Below are positions 14,607 through 24,919 of a stretch of DNA of 42,526 nt, in pieces (position 1 is the stretch's first letter; each line of letters starts with the position of its first letter). The notes beneath the pieces were generated by a model. The model was not told where the DNA came from and did not search any database. It saw only the letters and a list, made by a program, of their open reading frames with translations. The DNA is taken from the UHGV virus genome UHGV-0239872; one strand, 5' to 3'. A program made the translations under genes and the position numbers. The stretch is from a virus.

Positions 14607-17299
14607 TCCTGCATACCTGCGAGTAGAGTTTGGACGTAATACTGCTTACGCTCGTCCTGCGACAGCTTATAAGCCGGGGTCGCAGCCAGAGCCTGAACAG
14701 CTTTCTCTCGGTCGCCAACACGGATTGCATCAGCCAGTTTGCTGTACGCACCATCGGTACGATACCAGTTTGAACCTGCCTGATAACCCATCTGCATCAT
14801 GAACTGGAACTGGGCATCGTTGTCACGACTCCACCCCAGTGCAGAAGCAGTGCCGGGCATCTGCCGGGCTACCATGTTGGTGTGCGCCACGAACGTATCG
14901 TGGATAGTTCGCGGAGACCATTCAGTACCGCCTTTCATACCGGAAGCCTGACCCTCAGCAAAGTACGGGCTGCGGTCAGAGATACCGATACCGTTCGTCT
15001 GCACGCCAGTGCTGTCACGGTAAGTAGTGTTGCGGATACCTTCGAAGTCAATCAGTTTGCCACGGGCAACAAGCATACGCTGCTCGTCTACCCCAGCAGT
15101 ATTCACGCCGTTCACGCGGATACCCACGTTACTGGTCTTATCAACAAAGAGTTTCCCGTCGCCATAGACTTCGTTATTCGCAGTGGCCGCTGCACGGTCA
15201 TCTTCACGGATGCGTTCTTGCACGACCTGCGGCAGAATGCGTACCGAGTTCGGAGAAACGTCACCTTGCTTGTTGAAGAACTGAACGTTCAGGGAGCCAT
15301 CTGGCATAAAGGAGTAGGACGACTCGAAGCCTTCTGGTGCCTTGGTCTGGTCAAGTGCGGCGATAGCGCGACCGATACGGTCGGGGGCTACGTCAGCAGG
15401 CAAGCCGAGCATAGACTGAACAGTTTGGCCTCTCGGTGCGATAAGCACAGAGCCGGGGCTGAATGTGGTTTCCCCGACGCGGAGAACACGGTTAGCCAGC
15501 TTCGCAGATGCGAGGGCTTCCATACCATCTTTGGTCACGTTCGGGTTCTTGAGGATGACAGCTTGCAGTTCCTCGCGGTACGCGGCAGACACCTCCGACA
15601 TTTCCTGCGCGGCAGTAATGTCACCAGATGCGACGCGAGCTTGGAACAGGTTCTGCTGAGTGTCTGAGAACAGACCAGCCAGCCCCTGCCAAGTGCGAGA
15701 GAAGAAGCCTTGAGCCTCAAGGGAGTTCACCACAGTGTTAACGTCAGACTGACGCTGCGTGAGAATTTGAGATTTCTGTGCCGGGGTTAAGCCAGCATAG
15801 TCCTGCTGCTGCTTGATGTAACCCTGACCAGCTTGGTCGATGGTGCGCCCGGCCTTAATCTGCTCGCGCATGTACACCATCTTCTCTTGGTTTTCCTCGG
15901 ACAGACCTGACAGGAGTTTAGTCCATGCGGTCTTGTCACCCTGATTCTCGGCCACGGTTACGCGGTCAATCAGCCCGGTCACGGTAGCGGCTGCATCAGG
16001 GTTCATTTCATCCACGGTGCCGAAGTTCGACAGGGATGGTTCAATCAGTTTCGCGGCAGACTTGTACGCAGAAGGGAAGCCAGTCTGAGCACCAACTTGC
16101 AGCAGGTCGAATGCCACGGAGCTTGCCGTAGCGCCCGGTTGCTTCATACGAGCCTTGATGAATGCGTCAGCACCATCCTGCTCGCTCGCGCCCTGCTGGA
16201 GCATGTACGTCTGGTTCCCGGTAGCGTAAGCCTGACCTAGCTGGCTGGCCTTGGCTTGCTTAGCGTAATCCTTGTAGAAGGACTCGATAGCCGAGCTGAA
16301 ACCACCAGCGCTAATCAGTTTGTTGTCCACCATCTGCTGGAGCGTCTGAGTGTACTGCTCCGGCGTAACGTCACCGAATACTGCTTGCCGCGCGTCGAGC
16401 TGACCTTTCTGTGCCAGCAGACCCATGTTGTCCTGAACCTCAGTACGAGATTTGGATTCACGAATCTGACCTTGCAGCTTGGCCAAGTCTTCCGCAGGCA
16501 GCTCGTTGAACAGCCCGGAGTTCACAGCAGTCTCGACCGGGGTACGCAAATCCTGCTGGAGCATCAGCCCCATCATGGACGTTACCTGAGTCCGGCGAGT
16601 TTCCAGAGGCAGCTTGTCGTCTGCCAGAATGGACTTGGCCCATGCCATGGTCGCAGCCGTAGCGTTGGCATACGCGCCACCGTCACCAGTTGCTTTGGCC
16701 TGCGCCGCCAGAGTAACGAGAGTGTTACCCTGAGAGTTGTACATCGCCGCACGCTGCTCAACCAGATACTTACCATGCTGGGCAGCCTGCGTACGGATAA
16801 GGGTGTTGCTGAACGTGAGCTGGTTTTCCAGCAGAGACTTACGGCCATTCAGCGTCATGCCATCAGTGTTCTCGAAAAGGCCAGTGGTCTTCTCGTCCAC
16901 CACCTTCAAGAACTCGTCAGGACTCATTTTCGCGTACTGCGGCATGTTAGCCGAGATATCAGAGGCGACTTTCGCCATCTGCATACGCTTGTACTGGTCG
17001 TTGTAACCAGCCTTCTGGAACTGGGCAGTGAGCCAGTTCGAATCCAAATCCTCAACAGCCTTGCCGCTCGCGGCGGCGTTGGCACCCTTGAGGTATTCTT
17101 CCTCGTTCGCACGCTCAGTGACACGACCAGCCAACTGGCTGGCCATGTTCAGTACGCGCTGAATGGACTCGGTAGGAAACGTGTCAATGCGAGTATCGCG
17201 GCCTGCGAGACTGAACGGAGTCTGCGCCTGCTGCACACTTGGTAATCCCTGCTGCGCAGCATTAAGGTTAGCGCCACGCTGGTCACGCATAGTAGCCAT
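14603..17299 (-). CDS. internal virion / ejection protein (gp15-like position, 898 aa)
   Basis: position and size; Q/A-rich helical protein. Confidence 0.65.
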   Translation of the reverse strand: MATMRDQRGANLNAAQQGLPSVQQAQTPFSLAGRDTRIDTFPTESIQRVLNMASQLAGRVTERANEEEYLKGANAAASGKAVEDLDSNWLTAQFQKAGYNDQYKRMQMAKVASDISANMPQYAKMSPDEFLKVVDEKTTGLFENTDGMTLNGRKSLLENQLTFSNTLIRTQAAQHGKYLVEQRAAMYNSQGNTLVTLAAQAKATGDGGAYANATAATMAWAKSILADDKLPLETRRTQVTSMMGLMLQQDLRTPVETAVNSGLFNELPAEDLAKLQGQIRESKSRTEVQDNMGLLAQKGQLDARQAVFGDVTPEQYTQTLQQMVDNKLISAGGFSSAIESFYKDYAKQAKASQLGQAYATGNQTYMLQQGASEQDGADAFIKARMKQPGATASSVAFDLLQVGAQTGFPSAYKSAAKLIEPSLSNFGTVDEMNPDAAATVTGLIDRVTVAENQGDKTAWTKLLSGLSEENQEKMVYMREQIKAGRTIDQAGQGYIKQQQDYAGLTPAQKSQILTQRQSDVNTVVNSLEAQGFFSRTWQGLAGLFSDTQQNLFQARVASGDITAAQEMSEVSAAYREELQAVILKNPNVTKDGMEALASAKLANRVLRVGETTFSPGSVLIAPRGQTVQSMLGLPADVAPDRIGRAIAALDQTKAPEGFESSYSFMPDGSLNVQFFNKQGDVSPNSVRILPQVVQERIREDDRAAATANNEVYGDGKLFVDKTSNVGIRVNGVNTAGVDEQRMLVARGKLIDFEGIRNTTYRDSTGVQTNGIGISDRSPYFAEGQASGMKGGTEWSPRTIHDTFVAHTNMVARQMPGTASALGWSRDNDAQFQFMMQMGYQAGSNWYRTDGAYSKLADAIRVGDREKAVQALAATPAYKLSQDERKQYYVQTLLAGMQE

Positions 17300-17301
17300 G
17301 A

Positions 17302-18042
17302 TTAGCCCCCAAAGATTGAACCTGAGCCGTAGCCCATGTAACGATTTGATTGATACTGCGCCGGAACTGGGTCAAATTCCCCAGCCTTTTGCATCCAGTT
17401 AGTTGTTCCATAACTCGCTGACGTAGAGCCGAGGTTACTGAACGTTGACGCTGTAGCGCCTGCACTGCCACTCTGTGTGCCAGTACCTTTCGCACCTTCG
17501 GTCGGCATGTAGTCGAAGCTGGTCTGCGCGAGGCTTGAAGCGAACTGCATAGCGGATACGCCAATGGCGCGGCCCACAATCATGCTGTTGCTCGCTGGCT
17601 TCTGCGAATAACGCTGAGCTGCGACTGCTGTGTCGATGATATCGTTGATGCTGGTGTCGAGGTTCATCTCCTGAATCTGCTCGTTGAACCGGGTCTGCGC
17701 TTGGCTTTCCTGATTCTGACGGCTGATATCCGTGACCGCCTCGTCCACAGAGGCACCTTCAATCCCGGCAGCGGCGGCGTTGTTAATGCTCGCGCCGGAT
17801 GCCCGGTTAGCTTCCTTGTTGATATTGTATAGGTCGGTGCCAGTCTGCTGCCGGAGCAGGCCACGCTGGAGATTCACGGTGTTGATGCGCTGGCCCATTG
17901 CCTGCCACGTCTGCTTGTTCAGGCGTTCGTTCTCTGCCTGCACAGCCTTCATCTGCGCACGTTCCGCTCGTCCTTGAGCGTAGGTGGTGATGAAGGAGTT
18001 CGTAGCGTCGGCACCAGCTTTAGCAAAAGCTGCCCAACCCAT
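17302..18042 (-). CDS. internal virion protein (gp14-like position, 246 aa)
   Basis: follows tail tubular protein B; low-complexity G/S/T-rich C-terminus. Confidence 0.55.
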   Translation of the reverse strand: MGWAAFAKAGADATNSFITTYAQGRAERAQMKAVQAENERLNKQTWQAMGQRINTVNLQRGLLRQQTGTDLYNINKEANRASGASINNAAAAGIEGASVDEAVTDISRQNQESQAQTRFNEQIQEMNLDTSINDIIDTAVAAQRYSQKPASNSMIVGRAIGVSAMQFASSLAQTSFDYMPTEGAKGTGTQSGSAGATASTFSNLGSTSASYGTTNWMQKAGEFDPVPAQYQSNRYMGYGSGSIFGG

Positions 18043-18043
18043 A

Positions 18044-20494
18044 TTAGATTCTCCGAACTTTGTTGTAGAACTTGATGTAGTAGCCCAGCCCCTGAATGTT
18101 CAGGTCGCCAGCCGTAGACGAGTCCACGACCATGCTGCTGGATTCCACCTCAAGACCCATGCGAACTTTCAAGTGCGCACGCTTAGCCAGCATCGCTGAC
18201 TCCAGACCTAACTCCTGACTGGTGTACCGGATAGGGCTGCTGATAATGTTCAGCGCCGAGTACGCACCCCGGTCGCTCGCTGTGATGTTGAACAGGCTCG
18301 TGTACCGCAACGTGAAGTTGTAGTGCATGATGACCATCTTGTTCACATCCATGTACGAACCGTCCTGATTGAACACTCGCGGCGGCGTAGGGCTGAACAC
18401 TGCTTTGAATCGCAGGCCCACATACAGCGAAGTGCTGCCGTACGATGGCTGGAGATAGACACGGCGGTTCGTGGTGTCGATGGATTTAATACCCACCTCA
18501 GCCCCGATGTAGTTGCCGGATGGCACTACGTTCGTCATGAAATCCCAGTTTCCCTCAGTCTGGTAACGGTACTGGATGATATCCCACAGCGCCTTCTGCT
18601 CGCCGGACGCGGCGAACTGGATGTACGAGCTATCCGTGGCCGGGTTCGTCACAGTCAGCAACTGGGCGTAGTCAATGGCCGGGAGGAATCGCGCCGGGTC
18701 AGTCGGGTCGGGAGAGTCTCGCATGGACAGCGTGAGCAAGTTCATGTGGCCCTGCTGCTCGACCAGCACAACCAGCACCTCACGGACAAACCATGCAGCC
18801 TGAATCGTGCCATACACTTCCCAGCGGTGCCACGAGGATAGAACCTTCTCGTCACCAGACCAGAGGTACTCGTTCACGTACAGCGTTGACTTCTCAGTCG
18901 TAGAGCCAAACACAACGATGTTGTTCGTGGTGCTGGCAGAGATGTACGAGTTGGCCCCTTCCAGATAGGTCGGCAGGTGGTCGGTCACATCCTGACTCAC
19001 GTACTGCAAATCCGTGTAACCGGACGGTAGCATCTCTTTGATGGAGAACGAGCTGTTCGAGCGCGGGTACGCGTAATACAGGCTGCGGCCAGAGGTGGTC
19101 GGCGGTACGCCAGTGTCCATCTGGTACGTCGAGGTCAACACAGCGGTGGCGTTGTTCGGCGTGAGGATTTGGTTGCGTCCGGGGATAACGGCTTGGTGTT
19201 CTTCGCTGGCCAGAATCAGGTCAGAGTTGAATGGGATACCGTACCGGAACGATGCCCCGGCGAAGCTGGATGCAGTGAACTCGATACGGTCGTCGTCCAG
19301 TACCTGCGTCACAGTCGTACGGAAGAAGTTGTTGCGGTCTTCCTTGTTGCTGGAACCCATGGTAATGTACGGCCCGGAGAACACAATCAGGCGACCTTGG
19401 AAGGAAGCCAGTCCAGTAATACCCACACCATCGGCATCCGTGAATGCTGGGATAGCGTTGGTCTTATCATCACCAGCCAATCGGCCCGGCCAAGTGCCTT
19501 GTGTGAAGGTGTGCTGGTTCAGGGTCGAGGTGGTGTTGAATACCAGCGGCATGGTGCTGGGGTTAATCCCAGTCGGGGAGCCATAGGCACCCTTCTCAAT
19601 CCAGCGCGAGTCATTGTAACTCCACTGGAAATACTGGGCAAAGTTATCATCGCCAACAGTCATGATGAAGCCACCCGCCGAGGCTGGCAGACGAGCTGGC
19701 AGCTTAGTGGTCAGGTCAACTGTGTGCGTGTTTGACGCAATGGCGTAGCTGGAACCAGTCGAGGTGGACACGTTCATGTCAGCGGCTGCTGCGGTACACT
19801 GGATGTACAGGTACGCGCCGTCCTGCGCCACCACTTCAATACCCTCGGCACCGCCGATGTGGGTATCGAGTTGGGACTTGAGCTGGCCCACGATGTACTC
19901 AGGCGTTGACTCCTGCGACGGGTTGCCCGTGGTCGCTGAGCTTTCAGGCGTAGTGTATGTTGCGCTGACCGCGCCGAGTTTGGTCTGCACGCGAACAGTG
20001 AACTGCTTGCCGTAGGCACCAGCGATAACGAAGTAGTAACCCCGGCGACCCGGATTCATACGCGTCTCGTTCTCCAGAAGCACGGGCAGCTTGGAGCAGT
20101 TGGCAACATACATGGTGTTGCCTACGGTAGCGAATACAATGTCGTCGGGGTTGTTCGTGACGAGGTACGAGGACTGGCCCATGAACTGGACAGTCTCGGT
20201 CTCGACGATGGCGGTGACATAACCAGTCTTCGTGTTCACGATGAACGTGGTGATGCCCCAACCTAAGTTAGTGGTTGTGAAGCGTAAGTGGCCGAAGTTA
20301 CCAAGGCTCCAGACGTTCGCGTTAGTGGAATCCACAGTGCGGTGCAGTCGGGTGCCGGGGCGTTTACGCAGGCCACGGACAGTATCAGAGGTCATGTTGA
20401 CCTGTTCCTCAACCTGCGATAGCTGTCGGTCGGTATAGACCTGCTGGCTCACGCCGCCGAGGATGGATTTATAAGCGCCTTGGTATACTGGCAT
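18044..20494 (-). CDS. tail tubular protein B (T7 gp12-like, 816 aa)
   Basis: size and position after tail tubular A. Confidence 0.8.
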   Translation of the reverse strand: MPVYQGAYKSILGGVSQQVYTDRQLSQVEEQVNMTSDTVRGLRKRPGTRLHRTVDSTNANVWSLGNFGHLRFTTTNLGWGITTFIVNTKTGYVTAIVETETVQFMGQSSYLVTNNPDDIVFATVGNTMYVANCSKLPVLLENETRMNPGRRGYYFVIAGAYGKQFTVRVQTKLGAVSATYTTPESSATTGNPSQESTPEYIVGQLKSQLDTHIGGAEGIEVVAQDGAYLYIQCTAAAADMNVSTSTGSSYAIASNTHTVDLTTKLPARLPASAGGFIMTVGDDNFAQYFQWSYNDSRWIEKGAYGSPTGINPSTMPLVFNTTSTLNQHTFTQGTWPGRLAGDDKTNAIPAFTDADGVGITGLASFQGRLIVFSGPYITMGSSNKEDRNNFFRTTVTQVLDDDRIEFTASSFAGASFRYGIPFNSDLILASEEHQAVIPGRNQILTPNNATAVLTSTYQMDTGVPPTTSGRSLYYAYPRSNSSFSIKEMLPSGYTDLQYVSQDVTDHLPTYLEGANSYISASTTNNIVVFGSTTEKSTLYVNEYLWSGDEKVLSSWHRWEVYGTIQAAWFVREVLVVLVEQQGHMNLLTLSMRDSPDPTDPARFLPAIDYAQLLTVTNPATDSSYIQFAASGEQKALWDIIQYRYQTEGNWDFMTNVVPSGNYIGAEVGIKSIDTTNRRVYLQPSYGSTSLYVGLRFKAVFSPTPPRVFNQDGSYMDVNKMVIMHYNFTLRYTSLFNITASDRGAYSALNIISSPIRYTSQELGLESAMLAKRAHLKVRMGLEVESSSMVVDSSTAGDLNIQGLGYYIKFYNKVRRI

Positions 20495-21042
20495 TATCCT
20501 CTCCGAGCACTCTCATAGCGCCACCAGCTCTTACGCTGGCGAGCATTGAATCGACGCTGGCGGGTATGAATAGTCTGGCACTGCTGTAGCGCCATGGCAT
20601 AGCCACCTGTCACACTGGCTGGGGGATTGTCTCCCATGTCGTCTGCGTACGCGGAGATAGCTGCTTGATAAGCAACAAGTCGTTGTACCGGACTTGGTAG
20701 GTCATCCCAGCCCAAATCGTACGTCACCAATCCCGGAACATCTTCTGTAAAAACAAAGGTTTGAGATTGCGCGTTGTAAAGATACCCGCCACGCACAATG
20801 CACTCAAACCCATCAGGGATGAAGCTAAGAGCGTCGGCGGGATATTTAACCCTACCATCCGTTTCGCGGGGGATGGTGATTCGAATATTGTTGAACCACC
20901 AACCATCAGTGAGAACTTCTTCCTGAGCGATACCAATCTTGTCAAGTGCAAGGGTAACGGACGGGTTTCGAATCTCAGTTGAAGATACGGTGTGTTCGGA
21001 CAATGCTCGAAGAACAATGTTTACTGCTTCGAGTAGAGTCAT
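20494..21042 (-). CDS. tail tubular protein A (T7 gp11-like, 182 aa)
   Basis: size and position; GGGAGG SD. Confidence 0.7.
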   Translation of the reverse strand: MTLLEAVNIVLRALSEHTVSSTEIRNPSVTLALDKIGIAQEEVLTDGWWFNNIRITIPRETDGRVKYPADALSFIPDGFECIVRGGYLYNAQSQTFVFTEDVPGLVTYDLGWDDLPSPVQRLVAYQAAISAYADDMGDNPPASVTGGYAMALQQCQTIHTRQRRFNARQRKSWWRYESARRG

Positions 21043-21065
21043 AAAACCTCCCAGTGATAATCATA

Positions 21066-21088
21066 GAAGCCCCTCAGAGAAGGGCTTC
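21066..21088 (-). terminator. Tphi-like hairpin between the capsid and tail tubular A genes
   Basis: GAAGCCC-9nt-GGGCTTC perfect 7-bp stem; followed on the minus-strand RNA by UAUGAUUAU; same location as T7 Tphi (after gene 10). Confidence 0.5.
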
Positions 21089-21098
21089 GAGTTTACCA

Positions 21099-22091
21099 TT
21101 AGGTCTCGGTAGTGACGACTGCCACCACGTCTGGACGACGCTGGCCCACGGTGTACATGTGGAAGCTATCCAGAACGTTGGTCAGTTCACGTTCGTCATC
21201 CCATACGCGGTTGAACAGCGGCTGGGCTTCGACAGTGACCAGAGCCAGAGACGGGTCGAAGATAATCATCTTGCGCTGAATCTCGTCGGCAGTGACGTTG
21301 AAGTCAGGGCCGAGGATGTGGTCAGTGATTGCCGCCTGCGGGAACGCGTTGCTCTCGATGATACGGATACCGTTCACGTAAGCCACACGGCGCATTGCGA
21401 AGTCGTTGACACCACGGCCACCAGTGAACTCAACGTTCATCAGTTTCTTGTGCTCCAGCAGAATGCTGAACCACGCCGGGTCAATCAGCGTAACCAGACG
21501 GCCAAGGTCAGCGTCGCGGCGAATGAACGCCTCGATAGCTTTCTTGTGGCCATGTACCAGCGCAGACGCGTCATCTTCCTCAAATGCCACGGTGCCAGTC
21601 AGAGTGACCTGCTCCTTGATACCTGCGTTGAACGCGCCAGCCAGAGAAGCCGGAGGCACGAAGTCAGCAGACTTCTGGAGCTGGATGACGTGCGCTTGGT
21701 CGAACGCCTTAGCCTGAGCAGTACCCATGTTACGGGTCAGCTCGGCACGGAAGTCCGGCGCAGTCCAGTCGTCCTGATAGTCAATCGGGATACGGATGTA
21801 GGACACGGTATCCACAGTGACAATCAGTTTCTCAGAGCGAACAGGCTGGTTGTCCAGCGCCTCGCCAGAGCGACGACCTTTAACGGTCACAGAGCCGAGA
21901 CGGTCGCCACGCCAAGTGTTGGACTGGTTAGCCACAGACTTGAAGTTGGTCAGACCGGAACGGAAGATGGAGTTGTAAATGAACTGGGTCTGCACGTCAC
22001 GGTCATACACCTCAAGGTGAATGTCGTTGTCAGAGTTCGCGCCACCCCAGTGTGGACGGAACTGGTTCGGGGTATAAGCGTTATCAGCCAT
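21099..22091 (-). CDS. major capsid protein (T7 gp10-like, 330 aa)
   Basis: size, position and N-terminal similarity to T7-like capsid proteins; AAGGA SD. Confidence 0.85.
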   Translation of the reverse strand: MADNAYTPNQFRPHWGGANSDNDIHLEVYDRDVQTQFIYNSIFRSGLTNFKSVANQSNTWRGDRLGSVTVKGRRSGEALDNQPVRSEKLIVTVDTVSYIRIPIDYQDDWTAPDFRAELTRNMGTAQAKAFDQAHVIQLQKSADFVPPASLAGAFNAGIKEQVTLTGTVAFEEDDASALVHGHKKAIEAFIRRDADLGRLVTLIDPAWFSILLEHKKLMNVEFTGGRGVNDFAMRRVAYVNGIRIIESNAFPQAAITDHILGPDFNVTADEIQRKMIIFDPSLALVTVEAQPLFNRVWDDERELTNVLDSFHMYTVGQRRPDVVAVVTTET

Positions 22092-22111
22092 GAGAAATCC
22101 TTACGAAGAAA

Positions 22112-23341
22112 TTAGTAACCTTGAGCTTTAGCCTGACGGCGCTGCTCTACCAGTACGGCGTAATGCTTGTTGTATTCCGGGGAACCAACAGGATGCGCCT
22201 GCTCAAGCCAGCCAAGATGCTGACGGAATGCCTCGTTGGTCATAACTTCACGAGGTGCTTGACCGCCACCATTAGGCGTCAAAGTTTGTCCAGAGCGCTG
22301 AATCAAGTTCCCTGCGGAACCAGCGAACTGGAGAATGGTGTTCACTGCCAAACGTACCTGATTAGGGTCGCCGGAGTTAACAGCCGCAACAACAGCATCA
22401 ATAGTGCCCTTGTCAGCAGCAGTATTGAATGCCTGTACAGCCAGACCCCATCGTTCCTCGCCGCCAGCCATCTGGTAGACCTGCTGCTCGATTGCAGCGT
22501 CGCGCTGCTGACCAGCCGCAACCAGTGCGCCGAATTGACCTTTGAGGATAGATACAGTCTGTGGGTCGAACTGAGCCAGATAGCGGTCGTTCACCAGAGA
22601 CGGGTCACGACGCTCGTAAGCAGAACCGAACGCTGCAAGCAGGTCGATGTTCTGGCCACGGGCAATGGTGTCCATGCCTTGGAATACGGCGCGACTGGTA
22701 TCGTCCGGGAAAATCTGAGCAACCTGCTCAGCGGTCAGGCCGCCCTCTTGCGTTGCCAGTTTCTCAGCCGTGAGGTTGGGATTCTGGAACTGCTGAGGTG
22801 GCTGGCCCGGCTGCTGCGGCTGCAACTGTTGGAAAGGTTGCGGCTGCTGCTGAGGCTGCTGTGCCTGCGGCTGGCCCGGCTGACGACCATACGGGTCGAA
22901 AGCATAGGGCTGCGGAGCTACAGGCTGTTGGAACTGTTGTGCCGGAGCCGCTTGGCCCGGAGGCGTTGCGCCCGGATTCTGATACCCATTAACCGGAATT
23001 GGTGGTGCCGCAAACGGAGAGGTCTGCTGCGGAGCACCATACGGGTTCTGCTGAGGTACGGGTGCGTAAGGACTTGGGTTTCCCTGTTGGGGCTGTGCAT
23101 ACGGGTTGTGCTCCTGTGCAGGAATCAGGCCCGGCTGCTGTCCGAACGGCTGCGCTGGCTGAGGGGTAGCGCCACCACGAGGTAACTCGATAGGCGTACC
23201 CAGTCGGCCTAACGCTGGGTTCTGTACCACCTGTGGGCTTCCACCATAATCATTACCGCCGTGACCAGAGGGAGCATAGGTCGGGCCAGCGGGTACGTTT
23301 TGGGGAGCGGGTGCGGCAGTAGGTTGGGATTCACCAAACAT
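22112..23341 (-). CDS. scaffolding protein (by position) with an approximately 190-aa Pro/Gln/Gly-rich low-complexity N-terminal region (409 aa)
   Basis: ATG 23339-23341 with GGAG SD overlapping the portal stop; N-terminal PQQ/PGQ repeats; C-terminal half helical. Confidence 0.55.
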   Translation of the reverse strand: MFGESQPTAAPAPQNVPAGPTYAPSGHGGNDYGGSPQVVQNPALGRLGTPIELPRGGATPQPAQPFGQQPGLIPAQEHNPYAQPQQGNPSPYAPVPQQNPYGAPQQTSPFAAPPIPVNGYQNPGATPPGQAAPAQQFQQPVAPQPYAFDPYGRQPGQPQAQQPQQQPQPFQQLQPQQPGQPPQQFQNPNLTAEKLATQEGGLTAEQVAQIFPDDTSRAVFQGMDTIARGQNIDLLAAFGSAYERRDPSLVNDRYLAQFDPQTVSILKGQFGALVAAGQQRDAAIEQQVYQMAGGEERWGLAVQAFNTAADKGTIDAVVAAVNSGDPNQVRLAVNTILQFAGSAGNLIQRSGQTLTPNGGGQAPREVMTNEAFRQHLGWLEQAHPVGSPEYNKHYAVLVEQRRQAKAQGY

Positions 23342-23351
23342 GTATTCTCCA

Positions 23352-24917
23352 TTAAATCTGTGCGATGTTAGGCGCTACATCAACTGCGCCCGGCTGTACG
23401 CCAGCGGCGGCAGCGGCTGCATTGTCGATGGCCTGACCTTCTTGGGCCAAGTCTTGTGGCGACTTACGATAGTCGTCCAGCGCAACACCATTGGAGGCAA
23501 AGATAACCTCAAGGACTTTCTGAGGGTCGATGGTGTTAGCAACGCCATTAATATTTTGGACAGCAACCATTGCTGCCTGCGAGTCGGAGAGCGCTCTGAT
23601 AAGCGTCTCAGCTTCAATGCTTCGACCGAGAGCATCCAAGCCAGCTTCGACTTGAAGCGACAGGATGTTGCCGACGATATCTGGTACGGTGGACTCGTCA
23701 ATCTCCGCGAGCAGGACATACGCCAGAGGAATCTGGAGGGTCTTAGCCTGCATTGAGTACGGCCCACCCAGCCCACGCTCGGCGCTGGTTGCTACCTGCT
23801 GCACTTCGGTGGCGGTGGTACGTTCGGAGTCACGGAACTCGCCAGTGTACATGAAGGCTTGCGCCAGTCGCTGCACAATCTGGTTGATTTCGTCACGGGC
23901 CTGTTGAACTTTCTGGTAATCCCCGACCTCCAGCCCCGACAACGTGGTGCCGTTCTGGAGTGGAATGACCTGCCCAGTCTCTGCGCTCTCAATGTCATCG
24001 ACGTTGCCGCCAGAACCAGTGAGCATCCACAGCACGCGTAGCGCTTCCTGCATGTACAGAGCAGAATGCTCAGACAGGAGCGACAGACGTGCGAAATCCC
24101 CAGCGTGGTCTTCGACAATCCCGCGACCGTAATGCTCGCCAGACTTCAAAGACCACACTGGGAATAACCATGGGCAGACTTTTTCAGGGTAGTAATCTTT
24201 ACCGGGGGTATAGACGCAGCCTTGGTAGTTGCCAATCTGCTGCGTTACTTCGTAGCCGTAGTTACCACTGTCCTTCTGAACGCGAAGGACGCGGGTATAC
24301 AGCCACACGCGTTTGTTCCCACCGCAGCGGAAGCCTTTGGAGTTCAGCTCATTCTGAAAGTCCTTCGGCAGAGAATCCCACTGGATGCGCTCCTTGACAA
24401 TAGCATCCACCACAACGCCACGACCGTCGCGCTGCACTACGAAGGATTCCAATCCGTACACTCGGTACGAACCAGTTTCCATATCGCGGTACAGCGCGGC
24501 GTTTCCGGTCACAGCTTGTTGGGCAATGCACTGGAGCAGGTCAGCGTAGCCGCCATTCTCTTTGGCTTTGTCTACGATGGCCTTCTCAATAGTGATAAGC
24601 GCCTGATTCACTTGCGACATAGACTGCCGCTGCTGGTCAGACACCTTGTTTAATTTCAGCTTCACGAATCGTGCAGAAGCCGGGAACAGGAACTCACCCA
24701 ACCGAGCGGTCAGGTTGTTGACGAGCAGAGCGCCGACAGACTGGTAATCACGAGTAATCTGCTGGCGGTTCATGTCGTCCACGTCACTGCGGTCGTACTC
24801 GCTCACCAGCTTAGCCAGTGTGTAGCGGCTGTACTCCCGCGCTTTCGTGACAACGTTGCTATCCCGGTACTTCTGCCACAGAGACTCATAGCTGACGTTC
24901 TGCGCGTCTTGAGTCAT
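23352..24917 (-). CDS. portal (head-tail connector) protein (T7 gp8-like, 521 aa)
   Basis: YGLESFVVQRDGRG and CPWLFPVWSLKSGEHYGRGIVED align with T7 gp8 (SSYVVQRDAFG, CPYIPIRMVRLDGESYGRSYIEE). Confidence 0.9.
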   Translation of the reverse strand: MTQDAQNVSYESLWQKYRDSNVVTKAREYSRYTLAKLVSEYDRSDVDDMNRQQITRDYQSVGALLVNNLTARLGEFLFPASARFVKLKLNKVSDQQRQSMSQVNQALITIEKAIVDKAKENGGYADLLQCIAQQAVTGNAALYRDMETGSYRVYGLESFVVQRDGRGVVVDAIVKERIQWDSLPKDFQNELNSKGFRCGGNKRVWLYTRVLRVQKDSGNYGYEVTQQIGNYQGCVYTPGKDYYPEKVCPWLFPVWSLKSGEHYGRGIVEDHAGDFARLSLLSEHSALYMQEALRVLWMLTGSGGNVDDIESAETGQVIPLQNGTTLSGLEVGDYQKVQQARDEINQIVQRLAQAFMYTGEFRDSERTTATEVQQVATSAERGLGGPYSMQAKTLQIPLAYVLLAEIDESTVPDIVGNILSLQVEAGLDALGRSIEAETLIRALSDSQAAMVAVQNINGVANTIDPQKVLEVIFASNGVALDDYRKSPQDLAQEGQAIDNAAAAAAGVQPGAVDVAPNIAQI

Positions 24918-24919
24918 GC

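Noticed and set aside
21042-21099. A T7 gene 10A/10B-style -1 frameshift extension of the capsid protein.
   Set aside because: Only 56 nt separate the capsid stop from the tail tubular A start, and that gap is occupied by the terminator hairpin. The -1 frame has no extended ORF.
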